Below, piece by piece: positions 24,570 through 35,193 of a stretch of DNA of 64,000 bases. The stretch lies in NCBI GenBank assembly GCA_002269645.1, contig NIVC01002652.1:1-64000 (forward strand), given 5' to 3'. How positions within the stretch are numbered: the stretch's first letter is position 1; each line of letters opens with the position of its first letter. The DNA is from Macrostomum lignano (taxonomy: Eukaryota). The position numbers and the translations under genes are program-made. Below the pieces are notes generated by a model. It worked only from the letters and a program-made list of their open reading frames with translations, did no database searches and had not been told where the DNA came from.

Positions 24570-25835
24570 CTAGCGCCGTCCGCATGTCAGAATCCGGCGG
24601 AACGCCTGTCTGAAGTCCTTGTTGAACACCGTGTAGATGACCGGGTTCAGAGCGCTGTTGCAGTAGCCCAGCCAGAAGAAGAAGTCGAATAGGATCAGCG
24701 GCACGCAGCCGCAGAAAATGTCCGTCAGGTAGGTGGTGAAGAAGGGGAACCAGCAGAGCACGAAGGCGCCCATGATGAGGCCCAGGACGAGGGTCGCCCG
24801 GCGCTCCCGGGCTCGCGCCAGTCGGCGCTTCTGCCGCAACGCCGCCTCGGCTGCCGACATGGCCTTCGGGGCTGCGGACTGCGCCGCTTCCACCGCAGCG
24901 GTCTCGCCCGAGTCCATCAGCTGCTCGTCGGGTTCGACATCCGGTTCGACATCCGGTTCGACATCCGGTTCGACATCCGATCGAGCTCCGTCTTCGACGG
25001 CGTCGGCGTTGGAGGCGCGCTGTTGAAGCCGCCTAACAGAGCGTCGCAACGCGTCGACATTTCGCTGCGTCGATGTCGCCGCCGCAGCGGCTGCCGTCGC
25101 TGACGTCGACAACGGCTGAGGCGGGCAGCGCCGGCGGGCGTGGCGTCTGGCGGTGCGGAAGATCCTGGCGTACACGAACAGCATGATGAGCATGGGGATG
25201 TAGAAGCTGCCCATGCTGCTGTACATCACGTAGCCGATGTCTGTGGTCAGTTCGCACCTGTCCGGCCGGGCCTGCGGCTTCCGCCAGCCCAGCAGCGGCG
25301 GCAGGCAGATGGCGGCGGACAGCAGCCAGACGACGCCAATCATCCCGGCGGCCCGCCGCGGCGTCCTCCTCCGCGGATACGTGAGCGCCTTGGAGACGCT
25401 CCAGTAGCGGTCTAGGCTGATGAGGCACAGGTTCATGATGCTGGCCGTGCACGCCAGGACGTCGATGGCCAGCCACAGCTCGCACCAGCGGACGCCGAAC
25501 ACCCAGGCGCCCAGCAGCTGCTTGACCAGGGAGAACGGCATCACCAGCAGGCCCAGCAGGAGGTCAGCGAAGGCCAACGACGCCAGGAACCAGTTCTGCA
25601 CACTGGACACCTTGCGGTCGCGTGCAATGGCCGCGATCACCAGCAGGTTGCCGAGGACCACCAGCGTCCAGATGATCAGCACCGCCAGGATGATTGCGGC
25701 GGCCGCGACCGGCGGGTACTGCAGCTGGACTAAGGCGAGGAACTCGTCTTCTCCGAGGGCTGCGGAGGCAGTGACGCCGCTAGTGTTTGAGGCCAGCGAG
25801 CTGGCCTGCCGCTGCGAATGCTGGTGCGGCGACAT
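24570..25835 (-). CDS. Intronless class A aminergic GPCR, alpha2-adrenergic-like / alpha2-type octopamine receptor (421 aa)
   Basis: Single ATG-initiated ORF with 7 hydrophobic segments. Motifs: GN in TM1, SLAFAD, TM3 Asp (AIDVLACTASI), DRY, TM5 SSMGSFYIP, RERRATLVLGLIMGAFVLCWFPFF, FFWLGYCNSALNPVIY. The TM6/TM7 pattern matches what I recall of alpha2-type receptors. Confidence 0.9.
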   Translation of the reverse strand: MSPHQHSQRQASSLASNTSGVTASAALGEDEFLALVQLQYPPVAAAAIILAVLIIWTLVVLGNLLVIAAIARDRKVSSVQNWFLASLAFADLLLGLLVMPFSLVKQLLGAWVFGVRWCELWLAIDVLACTASIMNLCLISLDRYWSVSKALTYPRRRTPRRAAGMIGVVWLLSAAICLPPLLGWRKPQARPDRCELTTDIGYVMYSSMGSFYIPMLIMLFVYARIFRTARRHARRRCPPQPLSTSATAAAAAATSTQRNVDALRRSVRRLQQRASNADAVEDGARSDVEPDVEPDVEPDVEPDEQLMDSGETAAVEAAQSAAPKAMSAAEAALRQKRRLARARERRATLVLGLIMGAFVLCWFPFFTTYLTDIFCGCVPLILFDFFFWLGYCNSALNPVIYTVFNKDFRQAFRRILTCGRR

Positions 25836-25904
25836 CGCTCTGGAGGCTGGGATCGGGGCGGGCGGGGAGGCTGTTCTGTTTATTTAAATCTCGATCCCGA
25901 GTCT

Positions 25905-26850
25905 CTATTCCCTATCCCGAATCTCTAACCCGCATTTCGAATCTCTAATCCCCATTCCGAATCTCTAATCCCCATTCCGAATCTCCAATCCCCATTCCGA
26001 ATCTCCAATCCCCATTCCGAATCTCCAATCCCCATTCCGAATCTCGAATCCCCATTCCGAATCTCGAATCCCCATTCCGAATCTCCAATCCCCATTCCGA
26101 ATCTCCAACCCCCATTCCGAATCTCGAATCCCCATTCCGAATCTCCAACCCCCATTCCGAATCTCCAATCCCCATTCCGAATCTCGAATCCCCATTCCGA
26201 ATCTCCAATCCCCATTCCGAATCTCGAATCCCCATTCCGAATCTCTAATCCCCATTCTGAATCTCTAATCCCCATTTCGAATCTCCAATCCCCATTTCGA
26301 ATCTCCAACCCCCATTCCGAATCTCCAATCCCCATTCCGAATCTCCAATCCCCATTCCGAATCTCCAATCCCCATTTCGAATCTCCAATCCTCATTCCGA
26401 ATCTCCAACTCCCATTCCGAATCTCCAACCCCCATTCCGAATCTCCAATCCTCATTCCGAATCTCTAATCCCCATTCCGAATCTCCAATCCTCATTCCGA
26501 ATCTCCAATCCCCATTCCGAATCTCCAACCCCCATTCCGAATCTCCAATCCCCATTCCGAATCTCTAATCCCCATTCCGAATCTCCAATCCCCATTCCGA
26601 ATCTCTAATCCCCATTCCGAATCTCGAATCCCCATTCCGAATCTCGAATCCCCATTCCGAATCTATAATCCTCATTCTGAATCTCTAACTCCTATTCCAA
26701 ATCTCTATTTTTAATTTCGAATTTATAATCTTCATTTCGAATCTCTAATCCCTATTCCGAATCTCTAATCCTCATCCCGAATCTCTATTTCCCATTCCGA
26801 ATCTCTAATCCCCATTCCGAATCTCTAATCCCCATCCCCGAAGCTCTAAT
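25905..26850. repeat. 20-bp minisatellite immediately upstream of the GPCR
   Basis: Unit ATCTCCAATCCCCATTCCGA. Confidence 0.95.
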
Positions 26851-27254
26851 CCCCAACCAGAATGGGAACTGAAGCATTTCTAGCATTCCCACATTTTCAA
26901 AAGCAGCCGGCGAGAATTCGGTGCGACAAGGGCTGCAGGCCGGGTCAACTTTAATTCGCTAAATAACAGCTGGGTCGGAAGTGGATCTTTTTGGCATTTC
27001 AAGGCTCCCACGCTTTGCTGAAAATCACCGTTGGGATCCGCTTCGCCCACCCCTCCCCCACAGCCAAATGCCCTTTACCCTTCCTGGCAACCAACTCCCT
27101 AAAGAGTTCTTAATGGCTTTGGATTGCGCAGCCTCCCCCGCTTTTGCCTTCATTGGCAGCGGTGCTTTTGGCATCCCGCTTTTCCACCGAAACCCGCTCT
27201 GGAATGCAAACAGCTGCTTGTGGTTGCGGCAGATTCCAACTGTAGGTCCTGGGC

Positions 27255-27300
<46 letters not shown>

Positions 27301-27644
27301 AATCTATCAATCTATCAATCTATCAATCTATCAATCTATCAATCTATCAATCTATCAATCTATCAATCTATCAATCTATCAATCTATCAATCTATCAATC
27401 TATCAATCTATCAATCTGTCAATCTATCAATCTATCAATCAAGCAATCTATCAATCTATCAATCAAGCAATCAATCAATCAATCAGTCAAGCACTCAATC
27501 AAATCAATCAATCTATCAATCTATCAATCTATCAATCTATCAATCTATCAATCTATCAATCTATCAATCTATCAATCTATCAATCTATCAATCTATCAAT
27601 CTATCAATCTATCAATCTATCAATCTATCAATCTATCAATCTAT

Positions 27645-27684
<40 letters not shown>

Positions 27685-27740
27685 TAATCAATCAATCAAT
27701 CAATTAATTAATCAACCTATCAATTAATCAATCAATCCAA
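27255..27740. repeat. (ATCT)n / (ATCAATCT)n / (ATCA)n compound microsatellite
   Basis: Read directly. Confidence 0.95.
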
Positions 27741-28553
27741 AAATCCATCAATGTAGCTATCTATTCAGCTCCTTTAAATAGGGACAAGCGCAGCCGAGAC
27801 AATGGACCAGCCTATTCGGGACAGCAGTGCAGCAGTATTCTGTGATGAATAGCGGAGGCCCTGGCCATTTTCAAGCAACCCGCAGTTTTGCGCTGGTCGC
27901 CGGGCGTTGCCAGATTCATAATTGAAAGGGAAGCCTCCTAAATCCGGAACCTTCGAGACCTGCCCGGATGGATGAAGCCGCTTTTTAAATAACTGAGACC
28001 GAATTCCACTGTGTTGTGTCCGAACGGGTTAACAGAAATCGCTGCTTTTTATTTTGAAGCCGTTCCACTTTGCCGAGCCACCTTGCAATTCCAGCTCATG
28101 CTAGCAGAATTTGGAATCAATAAATTCAGAAATCTACAAATTTTGATTTTTTGCCACTATAATGCCACATTTTTAAAACTAAAATTGCATTTTTTTAATC
28201 AACAAGTCTGTTCAGGTGCGACATTGCCGCACTCCTGTCCCATCTGTGCCAAGCTGCGGCATGCATTTCCTGCCTGCCTGCCTGCCTGTCTGTCTGTCTG
28301 GCTAGGCGTCCCGCAATTAAGAAGTGGTAGCCCCCGGCCCCCGAGACTCCACTGCTGCATATGGGTTTCCACACGGTCTCTGTCTCGGGTTAAGAGCCTC
28401 CTTGAGAGGCAGAGGAATCGATTCAATTCTACTCGAATTGGCCGTATGGAATATGGGATATGTGAGTTTTGTACGGTGCAGACTACACTGAACCGCATCG
28501 TTGTGTTCAATTTAGCCTGAGCATTTTCCTGCAATTGAGTCCCCAGCTTCGTT

Positions 28554-29490
28554 AGGTTTAAGTCTAGGGTTTAGGTTTAGGTCTAGGGTTTAGGTTTAGG
28601 TCTAGGTTTAGGTTTAGTTTTAGGTCTAGAGTTTAGTTTTAGGTCTAGAGTTTAGTTTTAGGTCTAGGGTTTAGTTTTAGATCTAGGGTTTAGTTTTAGA
28701 TCTAGGGTTTAGTTTTAGGTCTAGGGTTTAGTTTTAGATCTAGGGTTTAGTTTTAGGTCTAGGGTTTAGTTTTAGGTCTAGAGTTTAGTTTTAGGTCTAG
28801 GGTTTAGTTTTAGGTTTAGAGTTTAGTTTTAGGTCTAGAGTTTAGTTTTAGGTCTAGGGTTTAGTTTTAGGTCTAGAGTTTAGTTTTAGGTCTAGGGTTT
28901 AGTTTTAGGTTTAGAGTTTAGTTTTAGGTCTAGGGTTTAGTTTTAGGTCTAGAGTTTAGTTTTAGGTCTAGGGTTTAGTTTTAGGTCTAGAGTTTAGTTT
29001 TAGGTCTAGGGTTTAGTTTTAGGTCTAGAGTTTAGTTTTAGGTCTAGGGTTTAGTTTTAGGTCTAGAGTTTAGTTTTAGGTCTAGGGTTTAGTTTTAGGT
29101 TTAGAGTTTAGTTTTAGGTCTTGAGTTTAGTTTAGGTCTAGGGTTTAGTTTTAGGTCTAGAGTTTAAGTTTAGGTCTAGGATTTAGGTTAAGGTCTAGAG
29201 TTTAAGTTTAGGTCTAGGGTTTAGGTTTAGGTCTAGAGTTTAGGTTTAGTTTTAGGGTTTAGGGTTTATGTTTAGGTCTAGGGTTTAGGTTTAGGCTTAG
29301 GTTTTAGGTTTAGGTCTAGGGTTTATGTTTAGGCTTATGGTTTAGGTTTATGGTTTAGGTTTAGGTTTATGTTTAGGGTTTAGGTTTAGGTCTAGGGTTT
29401 AGGTTTAGGGTTAGGGTTTAGGTTTAGGTCTAGGGTTTAGGTTTAGGGTTAGGGGTTATGTTTAGGGTTTAGGTTTAGGGCTTTGGTTTA
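28554..29490 (+). repeat. Interstitial telomere-like G-rich repeat (19-bp TTAGGTCTAGGGTTTAGTT grading into TTTAGG/TTAGGG)
   Basis: Read directly. The + strand has almost no C outside the TCTAG motif, and TTAGGG occurs in the 3' part. Confidence 0.85.
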
Positions 29491-29839
29491 CAGATAGATA
29501 TATCCATGGTTATATAGCACAGAGGCCTCGTGCCTGAAGAAGAGGCTTAGGTAATTTTTCTACAAGGCTAGAATAGAGATTAAACTGGTTCTTTGAAATG
29601 ATGGCTCAGTGGTTTCCTTTTAAGACGCTGTTGAAACCTGATCCGTCTAACCGTAAGCTTTAAATGCTTTAAAACTGTAAGAATTTTTGTCTTGCCCGCG
29701 ATTCTCTTGACTTTCGAAACAAACCAAAAGACTTGAAACCGGAGCAAGCAGGTAATGCTTCCTTTAAAAGCGGCTTTGCTGCCAGAGGACTGGATTTGAA
29801 AGGAAAGAAAATGACAGTTAAAACCAGCTTTAATGTCAC

Positions 29840-30317
29840 ATCGTTGTGTTCAATGTACACTGGACCGCATCGTTGTGTTCAATGTACACTGGACCGCATC
29901 GTTGTGTTCAATGTACACTGGACCGCATCATTGTGTTCAATGTACACTAGACCGCATCGTTGTGTTCAATGTACACTGGACCGCATCGTTGTGTTCAATG
30001 TACACTGGACCGCATTACTGTGTTCAATGTACACTGGACCGCATCGTTGTGTTCAATGTACACTGGACCGCATCGTTGTGTTCAATGTACACTGGACCGC
30101 ACGTTGTGTTCAATGTACACTGGACCGCATTACTGTGTTCAATGTACACTGGACCGCATCGTTGTGTTCAATGTACACTGGACCGCATTACTGTGTTCAA
30201 TGTACACTGGACCGCATCACTGTGTTCAATGTACACTGGACCGCATCGTTGTGTTCAATGTACACTGGACCGCATCGTTGTGTTCAATGTACACTGGACC
30301 GCATCGTTGTGTTCAAT
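29840..30317. repeat. 29-bp minisatellite
   Basis: Unit TTGTGTTCAATGTACACTGGACCGCATCG, about 16 copies. Confidence 0.95.
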
Positions 30318-31211
30318 CTTAACTTTCATGGCGAATCCGTTTTGTACTTTTGTACTTGCATAGCAGCTCAGTGCGCTCAGTCTGCTCCCAATGATGCGCA
30401 CAAATGAACTAGAAATACGCTCCGAACCCGCATCTACTTGGCGACAGCAGTAAAAAAAGAAGCTTTTGCACTTTTTATTTATGCTATCGCGAATGCTCAG
30501 CTGAGAGATACTGCGGAGCCACGGCAGTTCTGACGGCCGGAGGTGTGGCAGAAGTTTCTTTCAGGCGGCTGACTACACACACACACACACACACACACAC
30601 ACGTAATCTGCTCAGTCCTCCGCTACGTGGCGGATACGGGCAGCTTGGAAAAGACCGACAGCTCAGTATAGAGAGAGACGGGAAGTGGGAGGCACAGTGA
30701 CACCCCGTAGAGTCAGCCCAGTCTCGGAATTCGTGATGGATCGCGGAGCGGAGAGTGTCGCCCATCGGACAAAAAAATGGCTCCGTCAGTCACATAAAAA
30801 TAATGTTTGACGGTCGGTCGAAGGCAGGCTGGGTGAGAACGGAGAGTTGCCTGCATCATATACGTGGGTTTTATACAGGCATAGAACTGCTGCACCATCT
30901 CTGCTTCTACCCCTGGGAGGGGCTCACAAACTGCGTCCCAAAGTTTCAGCTCAAATTTAAGACTGAATCGCAAGTGCATTCCACCTCGATGCCAGCTCAG
31001 AGGGTGAGAATTCTGGGTGGAGGTGCGGTTTAAAGTAGGATTGGCCTTAGACAAACCTCAACATTAAAGAAGTGTTTCAATTGCCAAGTCTCACTAGTCG
31101 GATAATTCCTGTCAATTCGACTTGGGAAAACTCCTTGTTCAGTTGGGATCTCCTCTATTAGACTATTAGATCCTAGTAATAATAATAATACTGAATTGAT
31201 TGCACCTGCCT

Positions 31212-31478
31212 TAATGGCCAGATGTGCAACCGACAGCTCAGCCGCAGCTATTGCGCGGCGCATCTGAAGGCTGCGTACGGCTGTTCAGTCCAAGGACTGG
31301 GGGGTCGCCACACACCCTCAGTTACTCCAGCTAATGCTGGCACCCATTTTACAGCTGGGTGAACTGAAGCATTGCAGAGTTAAGTGTCTTGCTCAAGGAC
31401 ACAAATTGCTCCGAGTGGATCGAGAATCGAACCCCCGACCTTTCACTCATGAGTCCGACGATCTGACCACTAGGCTAC
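31212..31478 (-). mobile_element. tRNA-derived CORE-type SINE, copy 1
   Basis: The minus strand reads GTAGCCTAGTGG (A box) ... GGTTCGATTC (B box), then GTGTCCTTGAGCAAGACACTTAAC...CACCCAGCTGTAAAATGGG (CORE-like). A (TAT)n-like tail lies near 31178-31190. Highly similar to the copy at 40954-41210. Confidence 0.8.
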
Positions 31479-32245
31479 AACCTGCTTGCTCACCTGGCCC
31501 TATAGGCAACCTAAATAGTTGGGGGTCCGGATCTCCCATTTAATACAATAAGTAAAACATATAGTCTATGGCCTCTGTGGCGTAGTCTATGGCACAGAGC
31601 AAGTGAGGGCATTAATTAAGTCAACAAACAGCCGAAAAAAGTACTCACACTCTCTCGTCTCTTTTATCGAAAGAAACTCTTACAAACAAATAGAAATTAT
31701 AAACTTTTTCGGTTGAAAATGCTGAAATTTTTTTAGTTTAAACTGTCACTAGTAAAGTCAGCGGCGGTGAGGCCGTATGCTTCTGGCAGTGTATTTATTC
31801 ACCGTAGAAAGTCATCCCTAGGGCTTCCAGAGAATTGGCGCAGATCACTTCCTGATTGGTTGCTGGGTAAAAGCAGAGGAATGTCCAATCGGTATAAAGC
31901 TACACAAGGTTCAATCCAATGTGAAACTTATTAAGGTTTCGTCAAGGCTTAATGAAACCTGACAGTGTGACGTTTAAAAAGAATGCATTTGAATGGCAAA
32001 ATGCCATGATTTGCCTGCGCCTTTTCGTTTTAACAGCTTCTACAGAGCATTTATCCCGGCAGGGATGTGGAAAGGAAACAAGCTGTGCTGTGGTCCGTAG
32101 GTTCCTATTTCCACTGTGGCCTAAAGGACACGAAATCTTACTGCTGCACTGCAGAGGAGTCTGGGACGTCCTGAAGCAGCCTTCAATGTTGACACAAACA
32201 TCCGTCAGGACTTTGCAATGAGCTCGGTCACGCTTCAATGTACGG

Positions 32246-35050
32246 CTGAGGGAGCGGAGAGGCAGATTCTCATGGAGTGATGGAGCGGAGAGGCAGATTC
32301 TCATGGAGTGATGGAGCGGAGAGGCAGATTCTCATGGAGTGATGGAGCGGAGAGGCAGATTCTCATGGAGTGATGGAGCAGAGAGGCAGATTCTCATGGA
32401 GTGATGGAGCGGAGAGGCAGATTCTCATGGAGTGATGGAGCGGAGAGGCAGATTCTCATGGACTGAGGGAGCGGAGAGGCAGATTCTCATGGAGTGATGG
32501 AGCGGAGAGGCAAATTCTCAAGGAATGATGAAGCGGAGAGGCAGATTCTCAAGGACTGATGAAGCGGAGAGGCAGCTTCTCAAGGAGTGATGGAGCGGAG
32601 AGGCAGATTCTCAAGGACTGAGGGAGCGGAGAGGCAGATTCTCATGGAGTGATGGAGCGGAGAGGCAGATTCTCAAGCACTGAGGGAGCGGAGAGGCAGA
32701 TTCTCATGGAGTGATGGAGCGGAGAGGCAGATTCTCAAGCACTGAGGGAACGGAGAGGCAGATTCTCAAGCACTGAGGGAGCGGAGAGGCAGATTCTCAA
32801 GGACTGAGGGAGCGGAGAGGCAGATTCTCATGGAGTGATGGAGCGGAGAGGCAGATTCTCAAGGACTGAGGGAGCGGAGAGAAGATTCTCAGGGACTGAT
32901 GGAGCGGAGAGGCAGATTCTCAAGCACTGAGGGAGCGGAGAGGCAGATTCTCAGGGAGTGATGGAGCGGAGAGGCAAGATTCTCAGGGAGTGATGGAGCG
33001 GAGAGGCCGATTCTCAGGGAGTGAGGGAGCGGAGAGGCCGATTCTCAGGGAGTGATGGAGCGGAGAGGCCGATTCTCAGGGAGTGAGGGAGCGGAGAGGC
33101 CGATTCTCAGGGAGTGAGGGAGCGGAGAGGCCGATTCTCAGGGAGTGATGGAGCGGAGAGGCAGATTCTCAGGGAGTGAGGGAGCGGAGAGGCAGATTCT
33201 CAGGGAGTGATGGAGCGGAGAGGCAGATTCTCAGGGAGTGAGGGAGCGGAGAGGCAGATTCTCAGGGAGTGATGGAGCGGAGAGGCAGATTCTCAAGGAC
33301 TGATGGAGCGGAGAGGCATCTCAGTGAGACAGAGATCACAGCACGATCACTGCGCCTCCAAGACAATGAGCAGTAACTGATGACAGCAGGCTAAGGTTCA
33401 TAGTCCTACAATAGCCCAAGGTTCATCACCGCATGCGTGTCGGAGCATACGAAATTCCCTAAGTAGTCTTTCTGATGAGATGCTGCATAGGGGCGGGAAA
33501 TTATTAAAACAGCCAGACACCTCTCTTCAGGTTTGTTTTTACCCTACTGGCTTCTGTTGCGAATAACAAGTGCTGCACTCTGCAATATTTTGACTGCATA
33601 GGGTACTCTGAAAATAAAAAACAAACTTGCCTATTCCGCTTCTTTAAAGTCTCGCAATTTGTCAAATTTCTGTGATCACGTTTCAGAAAAAATCGTGGAT
33701 CTAAAAAGCTGTCCGAAATATTGTGGAAAGTAATTCAAATAGACTTGAATCTGCATCTCCGCTCCATCACTCCTTGAGAATCTGCCTCTCCGCTCCATCA
33801 CTCCATGAGAATCTGCCTCTCCGCTCCATCACTCCTTGAGAATCTGCCTCTCCGCTCCATCAGTCCTTGAGCATCCGCCTCTCCGCTCCCTCACTCCTTG
33901 AGAATCTGCCTCTCCGCTCCATCAGTTCTTGAGAATCTGCCTCTCCGCTCCATCACTCCTTGAGAATCTGCCTCTCCGCTCCCTCAGTCCTTGAGAATCT
34001 GCCTCTCCGCTCCATCAGTTCTTGAGAATCTGCCTCTCCGCTCCCTCAGTCCCTGAGAATCTGCCTCTCCGCTCCCTCACTCCTTGAGAATCTGCATCTC
34101 CGCTCCATCACTCCTTGAGAATCTGCCTCTCCGCTCCCTCAGTCCCTGAGAATCTGCCTCTCCGCTCCCTCACTCCTTGAGAATCTGCATCTCCGCTCCC
34201 TCAGTCCCTGAGAATCTGCCTCTCCGCTCCCTCACTCCTTGAGAATCTGCATCTCCGCTCCATCACTCCTTGAGAATCTGCCTCTCCGCTCCCTCAGTCC
34301 CTGAGAATCTGCCTCTCCGCTCCCTCACTCCTTGAGAATCTGCATCTCCGCTCCATCACTCCTTGAGAATCTGCCTCTCCGCTCCCTCAGTCCCTGAGAA
34401 TCTGCCTCTCCGCTCCATCAGTCCCTGAGAATCTGCCTCTCTGCTCCCTCACTCCTTGAGAATCTGCCTCTCCGCTCCCTCACTCCTTGAGAATCTGCCT
34501 CTCCGCTCCCTCACTCCTTGAGAATCTGCCTCTCCGCTCCCTCAGTGCTTGAGAATCCGCCTCTCCGCTCCCTCAGTGCTTGAGAATCTGCCTCTCCGCT
34601 CCATCACTCCTTGAGAATCTGCCTCTGCTCCATCACTCCTTGAGAATCTGCATCTCCGCTCCCTCAGTGCTTGAGAATCTGCCTCTCCGCTCCCTCAGTG
34701 CTTGAGAATCTGCCTCTCCGCTCCATCAGTCCTTGAGAATCTGCCTCTCCGCTCCATCACTGCTTGAGAATCTGCCTCTGCTCCATCAGTCCTTGAGAAT
34801 CTGCCTCTCCGCTCCCTCAGTCCTTGAGAATCTGCCTCTCCGCTCCATCAGTCCTTGAGAATCTGCCTCTCCGCTCCCTCAGTCCTTGAGAATCTGCCTC
34901 TCCGCTCCATCAGTCCTTGAGAATCTGCCTCTCCGCTCCCTCAGTCCTTGAGAATCTGCCTCTCCGCTCCATCAGTCCTTGAGAATCTGCCTCTCCGCTC
35001 CATCACTCCTTGAGAATCTGCCTCACAGTTCCATCAGTTCCTTAGAATCT
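32246..35050. repeat. Inverted pair of 31-bp minisatellite arrays (foldback-like structure)
   Basis: 32246-33317 has unit GATGGAGCGGAGAGGCAGATTCTCATGGAGT. 33747-35050 is the reverse complement (ACTCCTTGAGAATCTGCCTCTCCGCTCCATC). They are separated by a spacer of about 430 bp. Confidence 0.9.
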
Positions 35051-35193
35051 GTCAGTCAAACGAGAACACTAAAACTCTAACATAGCCAACACTGTAGTTA
35101 CAGCAAATAATGTTTTGTATTCTCTCTCGCAAATGAAAATGCGCATCAGAATTGAGAACAAAAACAGGCAACAGAAAGCCTCAGCCCTGCACC

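Noticed and set aside
24733-25887. Plus-strand ORFs overlapping the GPCR, and antisense ORFs at 35115-35875 and 51723-52441
   Set aside because: These are shadow ORFs of GC-rich coding sequence.
31380-31478. tRNA gene
   Set aside because: A and B boxes are present, but there is no intact cloverleaf, and the sequence continues into a CORE-like body shared with a second copy, so it is a SINE head.
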